32,000 nucleotides of DNA. Origin: Faecalibaculum rodentium (lineage in GTDB: Bacteria > Bacillota_I > Bacilli_A > Erysipelotrichales > Erysipelotrichaceae). The notes below the pieces were generated by a model. It did no database searches, was not told where the DNA came from, and saw only the letters and a list, made by a program, of their open reading frames with translations. Below, one piece after another: positions 1-11,228 of the stretch. The stretch spans positions 780,001-812,000 of the forward strand of contig NZ_CP011391.1 in NCBI RefSeq assembly GCF_001564455.1, in the 5' to 3' direction. The position numbers were made by a program, and so were the translations under genes. Each line of letters starts with the position of its first letter. Within the stretch, counting starts at the first letter, position 1.

Positions 1-1495
<1,495 letters not shown>

Positions 1496-1728
1496 AAGGA
1501 GAAAGTACAGGGGAAAAGGAAAAAGAGCAGAGTGGTTCCTGTCCGGTTTTGGAAGAGTGTCTTCCAGGGTCGATCTTTGAAAACCGTACAACGATATGAA
1601 AGACAACAGAAGGTCTGAAGTAAAGTTGTGGAGAAATAGAAAGAAACTGAGAGAAAGAAAAGAACAGAGAAGAAACAGTTCTGAGAAAAATATCTCGAAG
1701 AAAGCACGAAAAACGTTTGAGAGAATCA
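1496..1728 (+). other. 16S-23S internal transcribed spacer without tRNA genes
   Basis: Lies between the recognisable 16S 3' end and 23S 5' end. It is purine-rich (runs of GAAA/AGAA) and I could not find a cloverleaf or TPsiC-like GTTCGAATC motif. Confidence 0.8.
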
Positions 1729-4610
<2,882 letters not shown>

Positions 4611-4705
4611 TAGAAAGAAGCCCGCAGCTTTGCGGAAAGACAGGAAACGAAAGACATATCGTGTATGGTTTTCAGAGAGTGACCTGGAAGAGATGATTCC
4701 GGAAG

Positions 4706-4813
4706 ATGTGGTCATCACAGTGCTGAGGAAATACCTGTTCCCATCCCGAACACAGAAGTCAAGCTCAGAGACGGTGACGATAGTCGAAAGGCAAAAATAA
4801 CAAATGGCCACTC
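4706..4813 (+). rRNA. rrf: 5S ribosomal RNA, short form of about 108 nt
   Basis: Conserved core CCTGTTCCCATCCCGAACACAGAAGTCAAGCTC is present. The terminal helix pairs GTGGTCAT (4708-4715) with ATGGCCAC (4804-4811). The 3' half is shortened, as in Mollicutes-type 5S. Confidence 0.85.
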
Positions 4814-4817
4814 AGAC

Positions 4818-4848
4818 AGCCGCTTTCCTTACGGGAGGCGGCTTTTTT
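4818..4848 (+). terminator. Rho-independent terminator of the rRNA operon
   Basis: Stem AGCCGC..(TTTCC TTAC GGGAG)..GCGGCT is followed by TTTTTT at 4843-4848. Confidence 0.85.
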
Positions 4849-4932
4849 GGGCGCTCTAAAGTTTTGTGAGGTTTGGACTCTCACATCCAATACAGTTGGA
4901 TGAGGAGTCCGGACCTCATTTTCATTTACAGC

Positions 4933-5689
4933 CTATTTGCTGCTGTTCTCTCCACTGTTGACAGCTTTATCCTGTCTGTCTGGATGCCCATCTTCAGGAC
5001 CCCTGGAAAGCACAAACAGTACTCTGTTCCTGAACCGTTCCCAGTTCGTATATCCATTCGCATTGTGTTTGATCATCTTGATGATCTTGTTTCTGTTCTC
5101 TATCATCGAGCTGGTCAGGCGATGTTCTTTCAGCCTTACATTCCCGGTCTTCGGATCGACCACATATTCCTGCTTGACGATATGGAACGAATTGATGATT
5201 TCCCTGAACCAGTTGCGCAGGGTGTCAGCGAAACTCTGCAGTTCCTCCACACCTGTACTGTCTAGATCTCTAATCAGAGATCTGAGCTCCTCCTCTGCAG
5301 TACTCAGGTTTTCTTTTCTGTAATACTCCGACAGCCGGTTCCGGAAGTGATACGCCTTCCTCAGGTCCGGGCTCGTATCCAGCAGTGCCTCACGCAGTTC
5401 ATATCTGTTCATCTGCCTCTTCAGTCCGCTGACATAAGATCTGGGTGCTGCCGGATCAAATATCATCATCTTCTTTCCTGTCCTGTCCCTGTACCAGGCA
5501 TCAGGCCTGATCCCCAGAAGTTCACTCTGATGCTTGAGCAGATAGTATTCCGGAGACCCTTTTCGAGTTCCTTTCATCACACGGATCCTCACTCTGTTCA
5601 GACTCTTCGTATATTCCTGGACCACATGGAACCTGTCCACGGCGAATATCGCTTTGGGAAAGAAAGTTGCAGCTATCTCCCTGTAGGGC
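4933..5689 (-). pseudogene. ISL3-family transposase, C-terminal fragment (DDE domain)
   Basis: The translation contains the ISL3 hallmarks AVDRFHVVQ and ...LTSSMIENRNKIIKMIKHNANGYTNWERFRNRVLFVL. Homology continues upstream of the tracked Met (5640) as ..PYREIAATFFPKAIFAVDRFH, up to the IS3 junction at 5689. Confidence 0.88.
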
Positions 5690-5785
5690 TGACCTTAGAA
5701 TAATTTACGGACAGTCCATTTAGAGATTCTAAGAATACCGGTATCTATGTCATAGAACTACAATCACTATGAAAGAGGAAAATCT

Positions 5786-6085
5786 ATGGCAAAGAAACGT
5801 AAAACATTTACAGATGAATTCAAGCAGGATGCGGTTCAATTTTTGACTAACCATCCAGAAATGACCGTTATAGAATGTGCTGAAACACTTGGTGTAGGCC
5901 GCAGCACCCTGGAAAGATGGAGGGCAGATTTCAACCGATCCGGTCTTTCAGCTGTGACAGCTCATAATAATGACAAGGAAGAAAAAGACCTTCTCAAAGA
6001 AAATGTCAGGCTTCAACGAGAACTCAGGGACTCACAGGAGGCTTTGAAGATTCTAAAAAAAGCCATAAGCATTCTGGGAAACTGA
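5786..6085 (+). CDS. IS3-family transposase OrfA (HTH DNA-binding part)
   Basis: 99 aa beginning MAKKRKTFTDEFKQDAVQ.., with a leucine-zipper-like C-terminus as is typical of IS3 OrfA. RBS-like GAAAGAGGAAAA lies upstream. Confidence 0.88.
   Translation: MAKKRKTFTDEFKQDAVQFLTNHPEMTVIECAETLGVGRSTLERWRADFNRSGLSAVTAHNNDKEEKDLLKENVRLQRELRDSQEALKILKKAISILGN
6055..6061 (+). promoter_or_regulatory. Programmed -1 ribosomal frameshift slippery heptamer A AAA AAA (then G), producing the OrfAB transposase
   Basis: A run of 7 A lies near the orfA 3' end. Read in the -1 frame from here the sequence is open (KKSHKHSGKLKQVEYELVAEDHKAGIQFSVSRVLHKLGLSRSGYYDYLKRKP...) and runs straight into orfB. Confidence 0.7.
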
Positions 6086-6150
6086 AGCAGGTCGAATACG
6101 AACTTGTTGCCGAGGATCATAAAGCTGGAATCCAATTCTCGGTATCCAGG

Positions 6151-6969
6151 GTGCTTCATAAACTTGGTCTTTCAAGATCTGGCTATTACGACTATTTAAA
6201 GCGGAAACCCAGCCACCAGGAAAAGCGCAGGCATGATGTGAAAAAGGCCATCCTTCAGATTTATGAAGACAGCCACGAAAACTACGGAGCGCCAAAAATC
6301 GCTAAAATCCTGAACTCAGGAGGGATCTCCATTACAGAAAGGACCGTTGGTGTTTATATGCGTCAAATGGGGATCCGAGCACAGTGGGTCAAGCCTCATA
6401 CACAAACCACAATACGAAGTGATTTCAGTGGAAATCTGAAGAATCTTCTGGATAGAAACTTCTCTCCGGCTCACCCAAACTGCGTATGGTGCACAGATAT
6501 CACCTATATCCACACAAAGCTGGACGGATTCGTTTACCTTGCCTGCATCATGGATCTGTATTCCAGAAGGATCATTTCCTGGAAGCTTACAAAAACGCTG
6601 GACACAGGTCCAATTCTGAAATCGATCGAAGAAGCCAGAAAACGCCGGCCGTCCCAGGAACCGATAATGATTCATACGGACCGAGGAATCCACTATACCT
6701 GTGATCTGTACAGAAAACTGACCAGAGGAATGATTCGCAGTTATTCAGCAAAAGGAGTTCCGTATGACAACGCCTGTATTGAATCATTCCACTCCCTGAT
6801 CAAGAGGGAATGGCTGAGCAGGTTCGATATACAGAACTACAGGCATGCATACCGACTGGTGAGTCAGTATATAGATGACTGGTACAACCCTGAACGGATA
6901 CACAGCCACTGTGGATATATGTCCCCAGCAGAATATGAAGTAATGTTCCAAAGGACCAGCACTGACTGA
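6151..6969 (+). CDS. IS3-family transposase OrfB (DDE integrase core). Probably made only as an OrfAB fusion; the tracked GTG start is nominal.
   Basis: Motifs WCTDITYI, HTDRGIHYT and YDNACIESFHSLIKREW form the rve-type DDE triad context. The frame is -1 relative to orfA. Confidence 0.9.
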   Translation: MLHKLGLSRSGYYDYLKRKPSHQEKRRHDVKKAILQIYEDSHENYGAPKIAKILNSGGISITERTVGVYMRQMGIRAQWVKPHTQTTIRSDFSGNLKNLLDRNFSPAHPNCVWCTDITYIHTKLDGFVYLACIMDLYSRRIISWKLTKTLDTGPILKSIEEARKRRPSQEPIMIHTDRGIHYTCDLYRKLTRGMIRSYSAKGVPYDNACIESFHSLIKREWLSRFDIQNYRHAYRLVSQYIDDWYNPERIHSHCGYMSPAEYEVMFQRTSTD

Positions 6970-7193
6970 GAAAGAATTCTGGAGCGCCCTTTACAGTGGG
7001 CTATCCCCTGGTAGACTGATGAGCCTTCAGCCAAGAACTGTCAGATATTGACTCTTTGGATGAAGGCAAGAGAAAGGGGTCCAGGGGATAGTGGGCCCCA
7101 CTGTCAAGGGAGGAAGCGGAGGAAATCTTTCGTAGAATTGGCAGTATCTGCCGACTCTCTAAAATCAGTGTCCGTTTTCTTGACATAGGACCA

Positions 7194-7870
7194 GGCCTGT
7201 ACATATCGGACGAGATGTACTCCACTCTGTCTCGCTCGCTTCTGGGAAACTTTCGGAAATAAGCTGCCAGATACTCCTTTTTCCTGGAAGGGAGCACATC
7301 CACCGGGGACTGGGCATCGTAGTCCAGGAGCATGCATACATACTTTGAATCATCAGATTTGAAGGAATATGTTTCGTCGATCTGCATCACCCTGCATAGT
7401 TTCACCGGCACAGGGTAACTTACACACATGTCGAATATCTTCATCACTGTCGTAGCTGAAACGTGATGACGCTCTCCTACAGAAGCAAAAGTTTCATTTG
7501 GAGACCTGAGATCTTCGATGATCGCTTTTCCTGTCAATATGGAGATCCGCTGTCTTTTCATGGCGAAGGGATTGTCTTCTCCATAGGTGCGGTGGCAGTC
7601 TTTGCATTTGTAACGCCTGGCGTTATAGATGAGAGTGCATTTGCGGTCTGTAAGGACATCATGGTTTATCACACGGGGAGTGTAGTTGAAAACGACGATG
7701 TTATGACCACCGCATCGGGGGCATTCAGGAAACGCAGGAACCAAAGTGACCTCCACAAGCATCTGACCGATGCCAGGGGAGGTCGATATGTTCTGGACCC
7801 TGGAAGCATCAAGACCGAACAGTTCAAGAGCTGTATTTTCCAGGGAATTTTTGACTTTTACAGCCATCAT
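7194..7870 (-). pseudogene. ISL3-family transposase, N-terminal fragment (zinc-finger plus HTH part)
   Basis: Contains CPRCGGH..x..YKCKDCHRTY (zf-ISL3-like) and ends ..VEYISSDMYRP at the IS3 junction. The rest of the tracked ORF (7193-7001) is read-through into the IS3 right end. Confidence 0.88.
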
Positions 7871-7873
7871 TCA

Positions 7874-8485
7874 TCACCTCGATGACAGTATGGCGGAAGG
7901 CGGAACAGGTTCCGATGAGAGGAAGGTTGGAAAGACCATGGTCTTTCCCCACTGGGCCCCGTTGGCTACAGATGTATCAGAACTACCATTGGTTTCGTAC
8001 TGCAATCGCTGAATGAACTTTGGAACAAGAGAAAAGAAGCTCCTGAAACCGGATGATGGGAATTCCGGGAACCGACGACGAAAATCCTGTACGAATCGGT
8101 ACAGGGATGAGGATTCAGTATCTGGAGAGAAATCCGCCAGGCGCAGCGGCTCCCCTGCAGCAGACTTTTTCAGGGCCATGGAGGCATCTTCGCTGGAAAA
8201 CAGATAATAGGGTATGAAAATATCGGGAAGGACCCGGTGGACGTGGCGGCAGTGTGGGCAACGGACGCGTCTTATTGAGATGGTGAAAGTACCACAAGGC
8301 AGCTTAATGGTGCGGGGGACACTACCGTGACAGTGAAGATCATGACCGCAAAAAGGGCAGACGAAGAGCTTTTCACTGGAGCAGAAGGCCTGGAAAAGCA
8401 GGTCATAGATCCTCTGCAGCATCTCCTGACTTGAGATATCGGAAAGTGATCGTATCTGATTCAGGCGTTTGTCTTTCGGGGACAC
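7874..8485 (-). CDS. Cys4 zinc-ribbon protein of unknown function, possibly DUF6431-like and IS-associated. The 3' end probably reads into ISL3 sequence.
   Basis: Two CxxC pairs (CPFCGHDLHCHG ... CPHCRHVH) resemble my memory of DUF6431. It has a GTG start with no clear RBS, and no ATG in the open frame upstream. Its stop lies 4 nt from the ISL3 transposase start codon. Confidence 0.35.
   Translation of the reverse strand: MSPKDKRLNQIRSLSDISSQEMLQRIYDLLFQAFCSSEKLFVCPFCGHDLHCHGSVPRTIKLPCGTFTISIRRVRCPHCRHVHRVLPDIFIPYYLFSSEDASMALKKSAAGEPLRLADFSPDTESSSLYRFVQDFRRRFPEFPSSGFRSFFSLVPKFIQRLQYETNGSSDTSVANGAQWGKTMVFPTFLSSEPVPPSAILSSR
7929..7948. repeat. Perfect 20-bp palindrome GGAAAGACCATGGTCTTTCC
   Basis: Read directly from the sequence. 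It lies 59-78 bp upstream (minus sense) of the ISL3 transposase start. Confidence 0.9.
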
Positions 8486-8625
8486 AAACTTCTTGAAAAC
8501 CCATGTGATTATCTGTAACGTAAAGGTTGCCTAACGGTGGGACAGAGCAAAGTAGGGTCGAAACTAGATTGCACTGTCTCTTTTTCTTTCTATACAGTGT
8601 ATTGTGACCGAAAAGACCTCAAGAT

Positions 8626-8685
8626 AAAAGGAGTTGTTCTGACCTTCCACCTCACAGGCTGGATAGGACAGGAACAACTCCTTTT
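8626..8685. terminator. Bidirectional terminator-like hairpin
   Basis: A 14-bp perfect stem pairs AAAAGGAGTTGTTC (8626-8639) with GAACAACTCCTTTT (8672-8685). The loop is 32 nt, and there is an A-run before and a T-rich tract after. No obvious gene ends at it on either strand. Confidence 0.5.
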
Positions 8686-8965
8686 CAGTTTTACTGATTA
8701 AATTTGGAGGCTTGATTCGACCTCACAAATCTTTGGATATTCCTTTTTTGTCTCTTTTCCCCGGATCTGGAGCAGTTTGTGGTTCCTGACTGCAAAAACT
8801 TTATTGTATTGTCTGCAAAGCAGGTAAGCGTCAAATCAAACCCATCTATACGAAAAAAGAGACCTGGGATACGATATCTTTCACGGAAGACACCGTACTC
8901 CAGGTCTCGATTTCTTCTTTTTGACATACAGATCTGTCGGCAGATGGTCCGAATACGGTACTATT

Positions 8966-9220
8966 TCATCCATCACACTGCCTGCTCCTCGATCTACTCG
9001 ACAGTTTCGGTTTCATTGAATAAATGAACGAACAGGGTTTAAGCCTTTTCACTTGAAGCACCAAACTTATCCAGGCGCATGGCCTGGAGTTTCTCTGCTG
9101 GAGCAGGGCCCACAGAAGACTGTCTTTCTCTTCCGAAGACATGTCCTGGATGGCAGAGTCAAAGGCTTCTTTGGAGACTGGTTCTTTGCGTGAAAAGAGA
9201 TTCGCTGCATCTATCAACAT
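8966..9220 (-). pseudogene. IS66 transposase TnpC remnant (N-terminal coiled-coil part only)
   Basis: It starts 60 nt after tnpB. Its N-terminus ..SSEEKDSLLWALLQQ.. resembles the IS66 TnpC leader. Only about 400 nt remain before the IR, versus about 1.5 kb expected, and no DDE region is present. Confidence 0.5.
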
Positions 9221-9280
9221 GATTCCATGATAAAAGTATCGGGGCGTAGAGCCATCTGATTATTCTTACGATTTAAACGC

Positions 9281-9619
9281 TCATACAAATTTGTATCTGC
9301 CTCCAGATATGGGAAACCCGTGAATCAGTCTTGCGAATTGTTTCTCTGAAATCGTGATGGTATCGGAGGATCCGATACACCATTTGAAACGGCCTTCGTA
9401 CATGCGCTTGAGCATCAACCAGTAACCAGAACCATCGCAATAAAGGATCTTGATGCGGTTTCGGCTGCCGCTGGTAAATATGAAAAGTGAGTGTTCATAG
9501 GGGTCCATTTGTAAAAGTGATTGAACGATGGAGGCGATCCCATCGATCCCCTTGCGAAGATCTACAGGACGTGACGCCCTGTAGATGTGCACGATCGGGA
9601 TGGCTGCATTCATGATCAT
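9281..9619 (-). CDS. tnpB: IS66-family accessory protein TnpB (IS66 Orf2)
   Basis: 112 aa with the characteristic ..VDLRKGIDGIASIVQ..DPYEHSLFIFTSGSRNRIKILYCDGSGYWLMLKRMYEGRFKW. Confidence 0.9.
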   Translation of the reverse strand: MIMNAAIPIVHIYRASRPVDLRKGIDGIASIVQSLLQMDPYEHSLFIFTSGSRNRIKILYCDGSGYWLMLKRMYEGRFKWCIGSSDTITISEKQFARLIHGFPISGGRYKFV

Positions 9620-9855
9620 GACTTCAGGAAGACCGGAACGAATCTGATTTCAAACCCTGCCGGATCAGGAAACGGGGATAATGGGTCACGTCAGGCAGAT
9701 TTGGATCTGGCAGCGGAGTTCTTCAGCTTCCAGCGTGAATTGTAGAAAACCTGGAGATTGATTCCTTTCTGCCTGCAGTACTCAACGGCAGACAACCCTG
9801 AAAAATCGAAATCTGTGAATATGGTCTCCCATCTCTCTTTGGTGGAATCAGTCAT
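9616..9855 (-). pseudogene. IS66 TnpA (Orf1) interrupted by one in-frame TGA at 9691-9693
   Basis: My own translation gives MTDSTKERWETIFTDFDFSGLSAVEYCRQKGINLQVFYNSRWKLKNSAARSKSA*RDPLSPFPDPAGFEIRFVPVFLKS*. The second stop overlaps the tnpB ATG as ATGA, which is the usual IS66 orf1/orf2 coupling. Confidence 0.6.
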
Positions 9856-10003
9856 AACAAAAGCCTCCTTTGTTCATACAGATTTTGAACAATCGGAGGC
9901 TTCTTAACCAGACGGGCTTGATTTGACGCTTACCAACGCAGAATGTACCCTGAATACAGAAAGACAAGTCAGCTTGCGAATGCAATGCGGAAAGAGGGAA
10001 AAA

Positions 10004-10930
10004 ATGAAAAACTATCTGGCTGTGGATGTTGGCGGTACGGCCATAAAGTATGCCGTAATGGATGAAAATGCAGACATTTCAATCTCCGGAGAAACAGTGA
10101 CACCGACCACCAGCCTGGGCGATTTTATCCGGGCACTAATGCAAATTTATGAATCCGTTGAATATACCAATCCAGAGGCTCTGGTGATCAGCGCTCCCGG
10201 AAGAATTGATTCTTCCACAGGATATTTTCACACTGGAGGCGCACTGGGCTATCTGAACTGTGTAAATCTCCCTGAAGCGCTCAGAAATCATATTCCGCTT
10301 CCCATCTGTGTGCTCAATGATGCGAAAGCCGCGGCGTTGGCTGAACTCTGGAAAGGGTCCATGGAAGATGTAAACTCCGGATTGATCCTGACACTGGGTA
10401 CCGGTATTGGCGGAGCAGTGATCATTGATGGAAAACTCTGGCAGGGTCATAATTTTGCTGCCGGTGAGTTTTCCGGTATTCCTGTCCACTGGGATACCAG
10501 AACAGGTGGCTATACGGGAACGTGGGCGAATATCAACTGTACAAGATCCATGATCGACCGGTATTGTGCGGCGAAAAACCAGAATCCGGACAACATGAAT
10601 GGTAAACAGTTTTTCCAGGCCATACACGATGGAGACCGCCTTGCCATGAATGAACTGGAATGGTTCTGTGAAACGCTGGCCACAGGACTTCTGGGATTGC
10701 AGCTGATTCTGGATGTGGAGAAAATTGCCATCGGCGGCGGAATCTCGCGGCAGCCTCTGCTCATTGAAACACTCAATGAGGTGATGGATCGCCAGTATGA
10801 ACGAAAGGCATCCTGCATTCCTGCCACAAGACCCATTGTGGAAGCCTGCCGGTTTTCCAGTGATGCCAATCTCATTGGTGCCCTTCGACACTATCTGCTG
10901 CAGAAAGAGGAAGACACAGTCTCTTCCTGA
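10004..10930 (+). CDS. ROK-family sugar kinase (BglK / N-acetylhexosamine-kinase-like), lacking the Cys-rich zinc motif
   Basis: Contains MKNYLAVDVGGTAIKYAVMD (ATP-binding DxGGT), LNDAKAAALAE and LGTGIGGAVI. RBS AGAGGGAAAAAATG lies before the ATG at 10004. The tracked TTG start at 9923 lies inside the IS66 IR. Confidence 0.85.
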   Translation: MKNYLAVDVGGTAIKYAVMDENADISISGETVTPTTSLGDFIRALMQIYESVEYTNPEALVISAPGRIDSSTGYFHTGGALGYLNCVNLPEALRNHIPLPICVLNDAKAAALAELWKGSMEDVNSGLILTLGTGIGGAVIIDGKLWQGHNFAAGEFSGIPVHWDTRTGGYTGTWANINCTRSMIDRYCAAKNQNPDNMNGKQFFQAIHDGDRLAMNELEWFCETLATGLLGLQLILDVEKIAIGGGISRQPLLIETLNEVMDRQYERKASCIPATRPIVEACRFSSDANLIGALRHYLLQKEEDTVSS

Positions 10931-10991
10931 TAAAAGAAACTTCATGGCTGAGTCAGCCACCTGCCATGGATGAAAACAGAAATAACATTTG

Positions 10992-11035
10992 AAAGGCTTC
11001 CCTCTATGATGTATTTAAGGGAAGCCTTTATTGCG
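10992..11035 (+). terminator. Rho-independent terminator after the ROK gene
   Basis: A 12-bp perfect stem pairs AAAGGCTTCCCT with AGGGAAGCCTTT. The loop is 14 nt and is followed by TTATTG, a weak U-tract. Confidence 0.7.
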
Positions 11036-11228
11036 CCGGTTTTAATTACAGACTATCTGCAAAGATTTAAAGCAGAGAAAGAAACTGCAAAACAGGGATG
11101 CCCACGAACCTGCCATAAGTCCCGTGAGGCTGTAAATTAAAGTGCAATCTGTCTTCATGACAGTGATGTCTTCAGTTCGCTCCATCCCTGACAAGGCTCC
11201 CTTACTTTTTTCAGAAAGGAGAACACCC
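11036..11228 (+). ncRNA. Candidate IS110 left-end non-coding region, possibly encoding a bridge (seeker) RNA
   Basis: About 190 nt without a credible ORF lies directly 5' of an IS110-family recombinase gene, which is where IS110-group bridge RNAs are encoded. I could not verify the fold by eye. CTGCAAA is repeated at 11057 and 11085. Confidence 0.3.

Larger units (their letters stand above)
5690..7193 (+). mobile_element. IS3-family insertion sequence (1504 bp), apparently intact, nested inside the ISL3 transposase gene
   Basis: Ends are TGACC... and ...GGACCA (TG/CA). The imperfect terminal IRs share the blocks ACGGACA and ATTT(T)AGAGA. Direct repeats GGC at 5687-5689 and 7194-7196 flank it. 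It has the orfA/orfB arrangement with orfB in the -1 frame. Confidence 0.88.
4933..7870 (-). mobile_element. ISL3-family insertion sequence, inactivated by an internal IS3 insertion. Minimum extent is given; the true termini are not resolved.
   Basis: The two transposase halves at 7870-7194 and 5689-4933 join into one colinear ISL3-type protein once 5690-7196 is removed. I could not identify terminal inverted repeats by eye. A strong hairpin at 4875-4910 and a 20-bp palindrome at 7929-7948 lie just outside the coding part. Confidence 0.8.
8824..9933 (-). mobile_element. IS66-family element, internally deleted derivative (1110 bp)
   Basis: The terminal IRs begin with the IS66 hallmark GTAAGCG: GTAAGCGTCAAATCAAaCCCaTCT at 8824 and its reverse complement ending at 9933 (2 mismatches in 24). 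Flanking 8-bp repeats are CAAAGCAG (8816-8823) and CAACGCAG (9934-9941). The gene order tnpA-tnpB-tnpC' is on the minus strand. Confidence 0.85.

Noticed and set aside
4891-8117. Direct repeat TACAG(TT)GGATGAGGA at 4891-4910 and 8100-8117, considered as a possible ISL3 target duplication or boundary marker
   Set aside because: It is too long and too imperfect for the 8-bp ISL3 duplication. The sequences just inside the two copies show no inverted-repeat relationship, and a 9-mer match between two short windows could be chance.
8691-8927. 78-aa minus-strand ORF
   Set aside because: It reads across the IS66 terminal inverted repeat at 8824, so it fuses IS sequence to flanking DNA. Without the IS, the flanking frame simply continues antisense into the ROK gene.
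9691-9693. In-frame TGA in IS66 tnpA read as Trp (genetic code 4)
   Set aside because: The host clearly uses TGA as a stop: it ends many well-supported genes here, including all the ATGA-coupled dap, TCS and feo junctions. A nonsense mutation in a decaying IS is the simpler explanation.
9923-10003. N-terminal 27-codon extension of the ROK kinase ORF in the track
   Set aside because: Its TTG start lies inside the IS66 inverted repeat. The ATG at 10004 has a proper RBS and begins the conserved MKNYLAVDVGGT motif.
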